Part shown: one piece after another, positions 40,201-52,883 of the stretch
Numbering within the stretch: the first letter of the stretch is position 1
How the letters are laid out: each line of letters opens with the position of its first letter
Assembly (NCBI GenBank): GCA_002269645.1
Contig: NIVC01000646.1
Span: 431,241 to 495,240, forward strand
From: Macrostomum lignano
Lineage: Eukaryota
Direction of reading: 5' to 3'
Length of the DNA stretch: 64,000 bases
Position numbers and translations under genes: made by a program
Notes under the pieces: generated by a model
What the model was told of the DNA's origin: nothing
Seen by the model: only the letters and a program-made list of their open reading frames with translations
The model's database searches: none

Positions 40201-42039
40201 GTCTAATTGTTGTTCTAATGTTGTTCTAATGTTCTAATAAGTAGTTAATGATTAACTATAATGGTAACTATTGGTTTTCATTTGTTAATTTTATTTTTTT
40301 TATTGAAGGCTTTATCATTAAAAACAGTGCTAAGCTTGCTTCATTCACCCGAAAAACAAAGGAAAAGGTCTAAGAAGCTTGAATTATATGCATTTTTTGT
40401 TAAGCAATTCTTTTTGTAAGACAGGGTATTAGAATAGAATATTGGAATTGGGGTATCACTGATACTCAAATTTGGGTATTGGACTTTCAGGTATTGGTAA
40501 TACTTTTTTTAGAAAGGGTATTGGAGTATTGGCTTTCACTGATACTTTTTTTAGCATTGTGCCCAACAGTGAGTAAACTTGCTTTGAGAAAATAAACATT
40601 TCTAATAAAATACACAACCTTAATTATAGGATTAAACCTTTAGGGCTAAGTGGCAAATCATGTTGCAATCAAAATCTAAAGTGCACTTAAATATAGTTCC
40701 TATGTTAGATATCTTCTCCCTATATCCATACCTATAACCTTCTGTTCCAATATATGCCTTGCATTTTTTTCTATGTGGGCTTTATAAATGATATTGAAGA
40801 AATTTTGATAACTAATACTTAAACAAGTTATAAAAATAGACAAGTCTAGCAAAATACAAAGAATATTAATTGGGCAATTTCTTTAGGCTTTGAATACATT
40901 TTAGCCAAACTTAACTCTGTACCCCAAAAAGGTATACAATTAATTTTTCTTTGAAGATTGACAAGTATTCTCCTTTTGTGCTTCATTTGTTTCTTTTGCT
41001 TATAAATTGTTTTGTTCAACCCAAATAATGCAAATAATGCAGAAGCTACACTTGTTATTTGTAGAAATTTTATTGGAAGCTTATTTTTTCATTTAAATAT
41101 TTTGTTTGTGCAGGATGAGTACATGCAGTAAGAGTGTGACTAGTAGTGCTAGTCACTACTAGAACAAGTGCAAAGTTACTTTTAACATTGCAAATAATAT
41201 CTTCTACTTTGACTATTTAAATGCACATTTAAATTGGGCAACAAACAATTTTGGCAATAGAAATTTACCATGGACAAATTTAGCAAAAGCAAATTTGGCA
41301 ATAATCTAGGCAAATTTGGCAACAAGTCTTTTTAGGTCTAATTTATTGATCTAACCAAGGTTTTAGTCAGATATACTTTCATAAGCTATCTGTCAAATAG
41401 TCTAATTAACCCCTATCCCTTTTGTTAACAATACAACAAATATATAACTTAAACTTAAGTATAAGGTATGCATTGTTAGCTAGCTAAGTGTACTGTAGAA
41501 AAATTAAAATTAAAATAGAATAACTGTCAATTGATACTACTGCTATACATGTATATATATTCAGATTTTCCTTGGCAAAGAAGTGCCTTAAGATTATAGC
41601 CACTTAACTCCTGCATGACCTTTGATAGAAAAAATGTACTTGATTGAAATAGACATTGAAATAAAGAATGAACTAATATTTCTTGGCTTTATTACCTAAA
41701 AACGATATAAAAATAAAATGCATATAATAATAGTTATAATACACAATTGACTTATATTTCAAATTTTATACTGAAAATTTAGAAATGATACTTTTAAAAA
41801 CAATTTATTTATAAACAAAGGCTTGATGTTCTCAACCCTATAAATATAATCATTCTAGCAAAGTTTTGGTTTTAACTTTTATTAGTATTTTTTTAAATAT
41901 ATGCTACAGAAATAATTTTGAGTATTATATAGTCACAAGACCAACTCCTCCATTGGAAAAGAAGGGGTTAGAACTCCCATTGCCAGAATTCCATTCCCTG
42001 AAATCTATCAGCTGAATCCCAAGACCAGAACTTTAAACA

Positions 42040-42386
42040 GAACCAAAATAGAACTTTACTAAAATTCTATCTGTAAAACAGAAATTTATCAAAATCTCAT
42101 CCATGAAATAGAACTTTATCAAAATCCTATTTGTGAAATAGAAATTTATCAAAATCCTATCCATAAACTAGAACTTTATCAAAATTCTATCTGTCAAATA
42201 GAAATCCCCTCCATGAAACAGAGCACTATCAAAATCCTTTCCATGAAACAGAACTTTATCAAATGCTCTTCATGAAACTGAATTCTATCAAAATCTTCTC
42301 TGTTAAACAATATCTAACAATATTATCTCCGTCAATCAATACTAATAAATTGAAATTGAAATCAGTGGTTAGGGTTAGGGTTAGGG
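42040..42386. repeat. ~30-bp repeat (AAATAGAACTTTATCAAAATCCTATCCATG) followed by (TTAGGG)3
   Basis: About 8 diverged units; TTAGGG x3 at 42369-42386. Confidence 0.75.
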
Positions 42387-44789
42387 ATACATAGAGCAAC
42401 CTATTAAAAGGTGCCGAAAATAAAAAAATTGAACCAATTGATGGCATAATCTATTTCTCTGTCAGTCAGTATCAGTATTCATTAAAGCTAACAAAATGGT
42501 TACACAATCTAAATCAACCCTCTAATACATAGCAACCAACCCCCTTCCAATACACAGCGGCAGTTAGAAGTTGAACCCCCCCCAACATTTATCTATTACA
42601 TCTTGCAAAAGTGAGTATAATCTTTGCAGAAAGTTAAAAGTATGGAAATAGTATTTTGAACGATGTGCTTTCTATTTTCATATTTAAAGCAAACAACTGA
42701 TATCTCTAAACTCAGTGTTGCAGGAACTTTCTAGCAATATAAGTCTCTCTCTTCTCAAAGTTTAAAACTTGAGGAGTAGTTAGTATTATTTGAAATTTTC
42801 AAATTTTAAAGCATTGAAGTATTGAGTATACATTCATTTGCAAGCCTATATTATAGTAAAAGGCTTGCAAGTTTATTCATTGAATTTAACTGCATAAGCC
42901 ATAACTAATACACATTGAAAGGCGCCAATAAAAAAAGCAATTGAATCTTGACACAGTTGTAAATCATTGCGTTTCTTGCCCACTACCCCACAAATTATGC
43001 ATAGTTAGCCAATGTGCATTTGAGTGAAGTCTATAAATTTAGCAATTGTCTATACAGTTGGCCAGTTAGCTAAGGTCAGAATGTACACACACAGCCACTG
43101 AGAATGCCGCCACCCCTCCACTAGAGATATAATACACTGCCATTCTGCCAAGATAGGAAAAAGTTGTGACACAATCACTTAAAATTATTGCAAATATTTA
43201 GTTCTGAGTAGAAAAAGTGGCCAAAGAAGGTTACAAAAAGTGTTTTCTACTTTTTTTAACAGACTTAACTTTTTTAGTTTTCAACATTAAGTAAAGTAGC
43301 CTACTTGTTGAGTAGGAAAATTCTGCATTGATATATAAGTCCCGCATTTGAATTGCTAGCCATCTAGGAGATACACATTAAACCCAGCCAGTTGATTGAT
43401 CTACTTAGCACTTTAGATATAAGTATATAAGATAGAATAATAATAATGCACAATATATTTAGTAATCTAAAACACAATTTAGGTCAAAGAGCTACATAAT
43501 CCAGTAGTAACTAAAAGAGCTAGTAGAGCATAAAACTGCATATTGTCAAATAGTATGGTGCTTAACTGCTCTAAACTAACAGAAAGTGTGCCATCATATA
43601 AATGTGGTGCCAGCATTTTAATTTTTGAACAATAGTTTTAAATATTCCTAGCCAATGCGCTTAGCCAGTGTGCTAATAATAAGCCTGATAAGGTCATGAC
43701 CTGAGTCCTGACCGTGACGGCTGACCAGACCACAATTTGTGTTCTAGCGAAGCGATATAGAGACTATCACTAGACTCTAGAGACTAAAAAAGCTACTATT
43801 GATACTATTCATCTATTGAGAGTATAATAGATTTGTTTCAAGTTTATTGACACTTTAATTACCTTGAATTTTACTGTCACAGCTACAATTATAAATCTGA
43901 AAGTACTCTCCACCATCTCCACCAGATATCCAGGCACCAAAAAGTTTCTACGAAAGAGCGAAAATTTGAACTATAATCGTAAGCAAAACGTTCTTCTGTA
44001 TATCAGAAGTTTTCACCTTATTTAGATAAAATGTTATAATTTTTACAGCGCTTGAGAATTAAAAAACTATATTCGTCTTAGTTGCAGTTCTTGTTCTTTT
44101 ATTTTGTTTTATTGATTTACGAGTGTTACAAAAATTCAGAAAGACTAGAATAGATTAGAAACTAGACGCAAAGAGATTAAAACCCGAAAAGACGGGTTAC
44201 AGAATCCTAGCGTGCACGCGTTCACGAAACAGCTCATAGGGGCAGAGTGCAGTGTCACTCGGGGTCAGATCAAGGTCGCTGCGGTCGTCAGTCATAGTCT
44301 GGATCAGCATGGCAGCGTACCACGGCCTTGGCCGCGTCGAGGCCGTTCTTGCGGTGGATGAAGCAGCGCCTAGTTTCACTCATAGCTAACGATTCAATGA
44401 ATGAAGCCGCTTAATTTTATTTTTAAAGGATCAAGACTGATTTAAATCTTTCTTATTGCTTCACCAAATATAAAATATATGCCAAACGACGACATCAACT
44501 CAAGGAAAACTAAAGCAAATATGCTCAACTACCTGCATTTTTCGTGGGTCATGTGGGGTCAGACAAAAGGTTTTGCACATTTTCGCCATGCATTTCCTAA
44601 ATACTGAGGAACAATCAGCTTTTAGCTAACTAGTCCAACCAGGTGAGGATCCAGAAAATTTTGAATGGGGGCAAGACTATACTAATTAAGGTATGCTTTC
44701 GATAACGTTTTATATAAATATAAAATAGCCCATGTAAAAGTTTAAGAAATCAAACGCAAAGGGGGCGCCCTCCCCCCTAAATCCCGTAC

Positions 44790-44930
44790 TGAGTCAAAAT
44801 ACTTGTCCACGTATGTTTTTGTCCACTGAGTCAAAATACTTGTCCACGTATGTTTTTGTCCACTGAGTCAAAATACTTGTCCACGTATGTTTTTGTCCAC
44901 TGAGTCAAAATACTTGTCCGCGTATGTTTT
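44790..44930. repeat. 37-bp repeat GAGTCAAAATACTTGTCCACGTATGTTTTTGTCCACT
   Basis: About 4 copies. Confidence 0.9.
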
Positions 44931-45592
44931 TAAGTTTAATGGTTTTGCTTCGTTATTTTCCATGCACACGATCCCATAGAAACGAACAAGCAGAGCTAGG
45001 CTTACATGTACGTACATGTACTTGAAGGTGAACGATAAGCATGTGATGAGGACGCACTTTTTTCAAATTTCACGCTCACAGCAGGCTATGGGCGTTTTTC
45101 TCCCTCTTTTGCAATTTTTCTAGAATTCATACTAGTAGGACTTCTGTAGCTATATTAATCTGCCATACTTGTAACACAGGCGCGGTTTTTTAGCTGCTTT
45201 TGGGTCATAAATCATTGCGTCTGACTGACAGCCACCTGCGCCTCACTCAATGCGGAGGCTGGCGCCAATCAATGCGGAGGATGGTCTGAGAGGTGGCTTT
45301 TTTCTCATCATTTCAACAGGCCATCAAGATTTATGAGGTCAGGGCCTATTGTTCGTGTTCACTCAAGCGTGTGACAGCTTTGACAGCTATGCGTTTTACC
45401 CCTAAAAGTATGTTGAGATTAGCGATTAGCAATTTCTCTTTATTATCTTTACTTTCTACTCAATAAGAGCTTTCTAATGTATATTTTTTCATTAATTTTT
45501 GTCATTTCTACGCGAAAGGTCATAAATCATTATGTAGCGATTTTGAGTGATTTATGACCGCACCTGTCGTATTTTTATGGCCCCGAGGAAAC

Positions 45593-47409
45593 GGGTCTAC
45601 GACAATTGACTGCCACAATTTGACTGCCGAGCAATTTGACTGCCGACAAAATGACTGCCGACAATTTGACTGCCGACAATATGACTGCGGCAATTTGACT
45701 GCCGACAATATGACTGCGGCAATTTGACTGCCGACAATATGACTGCGGCAATTTGACTGCCGAGCAATTGACTGCCAGCGAAATGACTGCCGGAAAAATG
45801 ATGCTCCTAAAGTTTAGCACTCTGTCAACCCTTTTAAGTCCATGCATGTAGTGAAATATTGTATTTACGAGCTAGAATGATGCAGAACAGAACACATAAC
45901 CTTTATACAACAAGCTGTAACAGCTGTTGAAACCCGCGGATTTTGAACAGTGGGAAATGGGAATTCCAATCTTAGGAACTATTTTGCATATATTCTAAAA
46001 TCTGAAGTTAAACTCAAGCAAAAACTTTTATTATTAGAGTTAAACATAACATAGATTACATTCGTGTAAAATTAGGATTGGAGGCAAACTATTGATATTG
46101 TTGGCTGGGGTGCGGCGCAGAATGTCAGAAAAACTCTGGCCTCTACTTCTGCCTCTCGATCCCTATGTCCCTTGCATCCTTTGAACCTTCTATCTTCTCT
46201 TCTGTTTTCTCACTTCTCTCTCGTCTCTGCTCTCTCATCTCCCCTCTCTCATCTGTCATCTTTACTCTCTTATACTGGTATGTTCTCTCACCTCTCTCCT
46301 CTGTACTCTTCTCTTTCCCCTCTTTTGACTCCTCTCTTTCCTTTCTCCTTTCTTGCCTTTTCTTTTCTTCTCTTCTTTCTTCTATAGTCTCTCCCTCTCT
46401 TGTCTTTTCTCTTCTCTCTCTGCGCTCTCCTCTCTCCTCTCATATATCGTGTTCACTCTCTGACTCTCATCTTTGCTCTCTCATCCCCCTCTCATCTTTA
46501 CTCTTCACTCCTGTGTACCTGTCACTTCACTCTTTCCCCTCTTCTGACTCCTCTCTTTCCTTAGTCCTCTTCTTTTCCCTCTTCTATACTCTCTCCCCTT
46601 TATTCACTTCTCTCGTCTCTCTGCACTCTGCTCTCTCCGCCTTCATCTCTCATCTCTCATCTCTCCTTTCATCTCTCTCATCTCTACAATCTCTCCTTTC
46701 CCCTGTCTTCTTTTTCAACTTCTCTCTTATCTCTCTCCTCTTTTGCATAACGAGAATGCGCCTAGCAAGCTTTGCCGCTGTCATTTTGTCGGCAGTCAAA
46801 TTGCTCGGCAGTCAAATTGCCGCAGTCATTTTGTCGGCAGTCATTTTGTTGGCAGTCATTTTGTCGGCAGTCATTTTGTTGGCAGTCATTTTGACGGCAG
46901 TCAAATTGTCGGCAGTCATTTTGTCGGCAGTCATTTTGTCCGCAGTCATTTTGTCCGCAGTCATTTTGTTCGCAGTCATATTGTCGGCAGTCAAATTGCC
47001 GCAGTCATATTGTCGGCAGTCAAATTTCCGCAGTCATTTTGTCGGCAGTCATTTTGTTGGCAGTCATTTTGTCCGCAGTCAAATTGTCGGCAGTCATTTT
47101 GTCGGCAGTCATTTTGTCCGCAGTCATTTTGTCCGCAGTCATTTTGTCCGCAGTCATTTTGTCCGCAGTCATTTTGTTCGCAGTCATTTTGTCGGCAGTC
47201 ATTTTGTCCGCAGTCATTTTGTCCGCAGTCATTTTGTCCGCAGTCATTTTGTCCGCAGTCATTTTGTTCGCAGTCATTTTGTCGGCAGTCATTTTGTCCG
47301 CAGTCATTTTGTCCGCAGTCATTTTGTCCGCAGTCATTTTGTCCGCAGTCATTTTGTTCGCAGTCATTTTGTCGGCAGTCAAATTGTGGCAGTCAATTGT
47401 CGTGCATCC
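45593..47409. mobile_element. Non-autonomous foldback/MULE-like element; inverted arms made of 16-17-bp tandem repeats
   Basis: Left end GGGTCTACGACAATTGACTGCCACAATTTGACTGCCG; reverse complement of the right end GGATGCACGACAATTGACTGCCACAATTTGACTGCCG. Flanks CGAGGAAAC (45584-45592) and CGAGGGAAC (47410-47418) form a 9-bp TSD with one mismatch. Arms are ~200 and ~640 bp. Confidence 0.8.
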
Positions 47410-47435
47410 CGAGGGAACTGATAGGATCTCTTGGT

Positions 47436-47566
47436 CACGTGAGTTTGGGTGGCAACAAGCTCAGCCAATCAGAAAATTCGACGTGCGGTATAACAAATCG
47501 GCTCAGCCAATCAGAATCGAGGTGTTCCATAATAACAAATTGCGGTCCAGTTGGCGGCTATAAAAA
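47436..47566 (+). promoter_or_regulatory. Putative Pol II promoter: E-box, two CCAAT boxes 42 bp apart, TATA box
   Basis: CACGTG 47436, CAGCCAATCAG around 47465 and 47507, TATAAAAA 47559, followed by CpG-rich sequence. Confidence 0.5.
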
Positions 47567-48305
47567 CCGGCGTTTTTTGGCCCGCTCGGACTTCAATTTG
47601 GCCGGTCACCTGTCACCTGACACCCGGCTGCTACACGCGACCGTCGTCTCTTAATCCCCGGATCGCGACTCCCCCCATCATCATCAAGGACGAATCCCCC
47701 GGTCGTCAGCAGCGAATATCAAGGTTAAAGATCATCACCTGCTAGCTATCTGCCAAGAGTGTGACGGCATCATCCCGAGTCTACAGCTGCGAAGCACTAA
47801 GCCGATTCGGTCACTGTGGATTACCTGGTCTCCGGCTGTTGAGTTTTTGATTGGTTGGGTGAGAGGCTGCCTAGACTTGCTTGATTGGGTGATCCCTTAT
47901 CTGTCCCCTATTTCAGTAGCTGAATTAGGCGCACACTTTTGCTCAATTCGTTCAACAGTGCTGTTATCGAGGCAGAAATGACTTAATAATACTGTTAGTA
48001 GTCTAAAACTCCAATTCAATCTGAGGTGTGACCTGATTTAAGAAGAAGGTTAAATCTGACAGTTATTTTTATCGGTTTTATTTCTTCGCTCGCCGATGGC
48101 TCAGATGAGAAGAGAAGCTAGTAGGCGCCGGTCACAGTGGACCAATGGCAAGATGGTTCTCAGTCGATCAATCTATCAAATCAGTGAGCAAAATTGCCAA
48201 TAGTGCAAAATCGGCGCTAGAGATGTACTCTGTGCACTCTAGGTCCGCCAAGCGGCTCGGGTAATGAATCATGCGGTCTCTGATGTTCGAGTTAGCCTAT
48301 CATCT

Positions 48306-49218
48306 GGGGCCCGTGCTATAGAATACTCTTAACTCCTAAATCCTTAAGAGTGTCCTAACTCCTAGCTCCTAGCTGGCTTTTCTGTGCTATAGAATCAAGA
48401 GTAAATTTTAAGAGCTAGGAGGCTCCTTAAGGACGTTAGGATACTCCTTGGTGAATTTAGGAGACCTCATTAAGGTTTGTCGCGTGCTATAGAATAAGGA
48501 GCGGAGCGTAGGAGCTAGGAGCTAGGAATTGCCGTTTAGGAGTGAGTTTTAGGAGTGCGTGTCCTATAGAAGGAGCGAAACTCATTTCTAGCTCCTAACT
48601 CCTAGTTAAGACTTCAAGGGCCAAATTTCACTCTTAGGTTATAGTAGGATCGTGTGATTCGTTTCTTTTTTCATGTTTTCGGACAGTGAGCTAGGCTCGG
48701 ACGATGAGGGAGCTAATGATCGACGACCCAGACAATTTAAGCAGAGGATTAACTTTTTTGAAGAATATAATACTGTGTCACGATTTCGGCTCAATGAGAA
48801 TCAACTCTTGGCGACATTCAAGGATGACCTCTCTCCACATTTCAGTCTTGAGTGCTTTTGTTATTGTTGGCGAAAAGGCACCGAAAAGTACGTCCTTTCG
48901 AGCCGCAATCGCTTTAACAAACGCAACTTTTTGGTTTGCTTGCATTGTTTGAATTCACGAATTGCTCCTATAATTACTCCTTAAGGTGCGTACATTTAGG
49001 AGTTTAATATAGCACGCAGATTGGCAGACTCCTTAGCCAATTGCCTTACACTCCTTAGACTCCTCCTCACTCCTATGCTGCACTCCTTAAAACAACTCCT
49101 AGCTCCTAACTCTTGATTCTTGAACTCTATAGCACACAAAATCGATTCGCTCCTTGCTAGGAGCACTCCTGACTCCTAACTCCTTACTCTTTGCTCTTAA
49201 ATCTATAGCATGGGCCCC
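48306..49218 (+). mobile_element. Non-autonomous PIF/Harbinger element with a transposase N-terminal remnant (48673-48984)
   Basis: TIRs GGGGCCC(G/A)TGCTATAGA at both ends and many subterminal TAGGAG/CTCCTA motifs. The remnant RPRQFKQRINFFEEYNTVSRFRL resembles the Harbinger/HARBI1 N-terminus. Ends read CTG/CAG (CWG-type site). Confidence 0.75.
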
Positions 49219-50036
49219 AGCGCTAGGAGAGGCTGGTTGGCGCGTTGAAGGCCAAAAGTACATTTCTCGTATTTAGCAATGTAATAGTACATGTAGCCAC
49301 CCCATAGTCTCGCCACTGCAAGAATCCCCTCTGTACCTGCATGGCCAATGCGATCTAGTCCCAGCAGTGTCCCTTAACATCGGCTATGACTTCGAGATTG
49401 ACAGCAAAAAGACACTAGTTGGCAGGTAAGTGCTAAGCCCCCTCTAGTCGGAAGCCCGATTTCGAAAGTTCCGGTTTGGTGAGCCAGGACGCACGGGCTG
49501 GTGGAAGCGGGTTAGTTAATCTGCAGATTGGCTAATCTCTACCTTCAAAACTCTCCCTGCTTGTCTCTCGCTGTCCCTCTCTTAGCTATAGGACCTAGGC
49601 TGCTCGCCACAAGATCAAGCTACCATGGGGCTGACCATCTGACAGGAGTGGGGGGGGGGCAGGACTCTAATTGATTTATTTCTGAGACCTGAGGCCCGAA
49701 GGCTTCCCGAAAGGGGCCGAAAAGGCCGAAACCCATCACATGCATCAAGGACCACATTCGGCTTTCCTTTCAATATATGGTAAATTTTATAATCTATTTT
49801 GATCGAGTGATTCATACATCATAATTAATATTAGTTTAAATAAATCCTTTTCTCTTTAACCTTTCTCTTGGACATAAATGTAAATTCTTGCCAACTATGC
49901 ATTATCTTCTTTAAGATTTCTATGGTTTTGACGTCCGCAAGTTATAATGTACGAGTGTCTCCTCCCGATGTACTTTTATGCGAAAGTTGCTTATTTCTAG
50001 GCAACAAAGCAGACCTGACGTAAAAAAATTGCGAAA

Positions 50037-51338
50037 ATGAATCCAGCCGCAATGAAGCGAACAGTTAAAAAATTGAGGCCCGAGGCGGCCTTGCTGCCAA
50101 CCAACGCATCGGATCATCAACGCCCCAGCTCAAAACACGCGCGATCCAAATCCTCAGGGGAAGTGATCACTTCCGTTCGCATCAATAGCAGCCAACTGAG
50201 GTTCGGGAGGCAATGGCGCCGGCCCAAAGTGCTGTCTGCCGAGCTGGAATACGCCAGCGAGTTCAGCAGCCAGTTCGAAGCCAATCAAAGCAACGATGAA
50301 AAATTACCAGAAGGCGACGCGCCATTGTCGAGCAATAACAAGGTGCCCTTTATATTTGGCTACCCGGGCTTCCGTCCGACAGGAACGCGGCTAATTGAAA
50401 GCGTGCATCGGAAAGTACCCGTGGACCTCCCGGTGCACTATTGGTTCTACTTGTTCGCCTACAGCAGCGACGTTGAAGCCATTCTGAAGCCTTTTCGGGA
50501 GTCCGATAAGAAGACTCAAATGGACAAGCGGCTGCTCTGCCTGATGAGGCGGAATGGGGTAAGGTTTGAAATGTTATTGATATTTCATTGGGTGACATCG
50601 TTCTATGCGCAGCGATGAGACAATTCTACCAATTCCGCTGGCTCCTGAGCAACATGCAAGCGCGCCAATACTGTACGCAGGCACGCACTCGTACACACGC
50701 TCATACGGAGTGTACAGAGGCTCTTTGACTTTCTAATCGTCAGGCATGTACACTCTCTGAGCCTTTTTGGTTGGACCTCACGGGTGTAAATTGCATCACA
50801 ACCCGCCGGCTAATTTTCGTGCACACAAGCCCCAAATGAATGTGGCAGCGCACGGAATCGAACCATGTAGGGGGTCGTACAAGCAACACAAATCCGACGC
50901 ATTTCCCGCGGAGCCACAATCTGCACTCATCTCGAACTTTTGATTAACTGGTAACTGTTAGTCGGCTAATTTGGAGAGTGTTTATTGAGGCAGAAGAACG
51001 GGAAGACTTCAGTCATATGTGGGATGTTTTCAAATGCATATCTTCGACTTCAAGCTAAAAGTCTTACAATTATTTGTATTTTCACATATTAAATCATCAA
51101 GGTGCAGCTCTTCCTGAAAGATCTGGAGCTGTACAAGTCACTGCCGCGTCGCGTGATTGTAATCAAAGCTCCGGATTGGGATCACATTCTGTCTACACTG
51201 GCCGATCTGGAGGTAACTCTGCCGGGCATGATGAGGTTTGCCAGCTACCCACTGCTGCTGGACACGGATACAACCAGATTCCCCTGCACTTCGAACCTCA
51301 CCACCGTCTTCACCAGGGCAGTGTCGCATGCGTTTTGA
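50037..51338 (+). CDS. Hypothetical protein, no recognised family; exons 50037-50558 and 51102-51338 (~252 aa)
   Basis: Non-repetitive ORF of 174 codons ends at a G|GTAAGG donor (phase 0). An AG at 51100-51101 (or CAG at 51105-51107) continues in frame for ~78 aa to a stop. There is an in-frame stop upstream of the ATG. No motif recognised. Confidence 0.5.
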
Positions 51339-51494
51339 ACTGCTTTTGAGGCAGAATCAACTTTGTCAGGTACAGGTAGGTTAGTCAAACAATTGAAACA
51401 ATTAGTCAATTGTTTGAAATTGATTTTTTCGGCTGGTTCCGAAAATTTATTAATTAAAATTTAAAGCTCTCATATGTAGATTGCTGGGGATGCC

Positions 51495-51830
51495 CTTACC
51501 TCACAGGTATTATCCTTGGCTCATAGATATTATCCTGAGCTCACAGATATTATCCATGGCTCACAGGTAGTATCCTTGGCTCACAGGTATTATCTTGGGC
51601 TCACAGGTATTATCCTTGGCTCACAGGTATTATCCTTGGCTCCCAGGTATTATCCATGGCTCACAGGTATTATCATTGGCTCACAGGTATTATCCTTGGC
51701 TCACAGGTATTGTCCTTAGCTCACAGGTATTATCTTGGGCTCACAGGTATTATCCATGGCTGGCAGGTATTGTCCTTGGCTCACAGGTATTATCCTTGGC
51801 TCACAGGTATTATCTCTGACTCACAGGCCC
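51495..51830. repeat. 20-bp minisatellite TGGCTCACAGGTATTATCCT
   Basis: About 16 copies. Confidence 0.92.
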
Positions 51831-52883
51831 TCAGGCGATGCCCTCGGCTCCATGGTGCTGGCTGGGTCTCATGCACTTCTTGTTTGAGGTTCATTGTCTT
51901 AAATTTGTTGGACGTCTCGCCGGCAGTACATGTTTTCTCTCACGTGTTTTAATAAGCGTGTAAGAAGTTATAGAAACTACAAAACAACATTTATGTTCAT
52001 TTTCAGTATCAAAAACGGATGCCAATAACATCAAAACAAGGAATCCTGCAGCAAATTCGGCACAGATTCTTCAAGCTGCACAATGAAAATATCATTAGTT
52101 CAATAATATCAGTTCGTTACTTTCTATTTCCGCAATTTTCGTATGACTTAATCCCACAGTTTCCATCTGATGAAACAGACTATATAATTTGACGTCATTT
52201 TCTAATATCATTGACCATTTTATTATTGCTTTTCGGTGTGTGCATTTTCGGACGACTTTGCTGCCTTTATTGCCTTCTCAACCTGTCAGCTGTTTCCAAG
52301 AAGCATCAAAATACACCGCATTAATCTCTTTGTTTGTATGAAGTTCAAATTTGCTATAATTTGTTTATCAGTTTACTTATTTCAGTAATGTTTAATTTGA
52401 TTCATAAAGATCTGACAAATGCGTCCTTATGGTAACCCTGTGAAGAATTCTGCCAAATTTTGATGGCTTGAGCTTGGAATTATGATTTCAATTAGCTCAC
52501 GCCTTTCTGGGTTCCAACAAATGCATTTTTCTTTGGTGCGGGTTACATATTTAATAGTTTAATTCATTATATTTGACTTACTGTAACATTGACGCTTTGA
52601 GTAAACTTTTGATAGCTCGGGTTTTACGAGTTAACTCCAACTACATGTAGTTATTAAAGTACCTAACTGACACAAAAATATTTCGATTTACACTCAGCAA
52701 CGCATTAAATTTTCCAACCCGAAAAGCAGTGCGGTAAACTTTTTTCAGATGTCAGCCTCAAATGATGCAACTCACGCCAACTTCGGGTGATGCAACTTGC
52801 GTCACAAGGACCGAGCTTAGGCTGATGAGGAGAGGGTGGGAAGTTATGGCTATAATTGGATTAAAGCTGCCACTCCGAGTTCT

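Noticed and set aside
42369-42386. (TTAGGG)3 as a telomere or fusion site
   Set aside because: Only three units; a similar motif sits inside the 52.9-kb foldback, so it is more likely an element core.
44640-44792. Possible small MITE (CAGGTGAGGATCCAG...CTAAATCCCGTACTG)
   Set aside because: The inverted match is too degenerate and there is no TSD.
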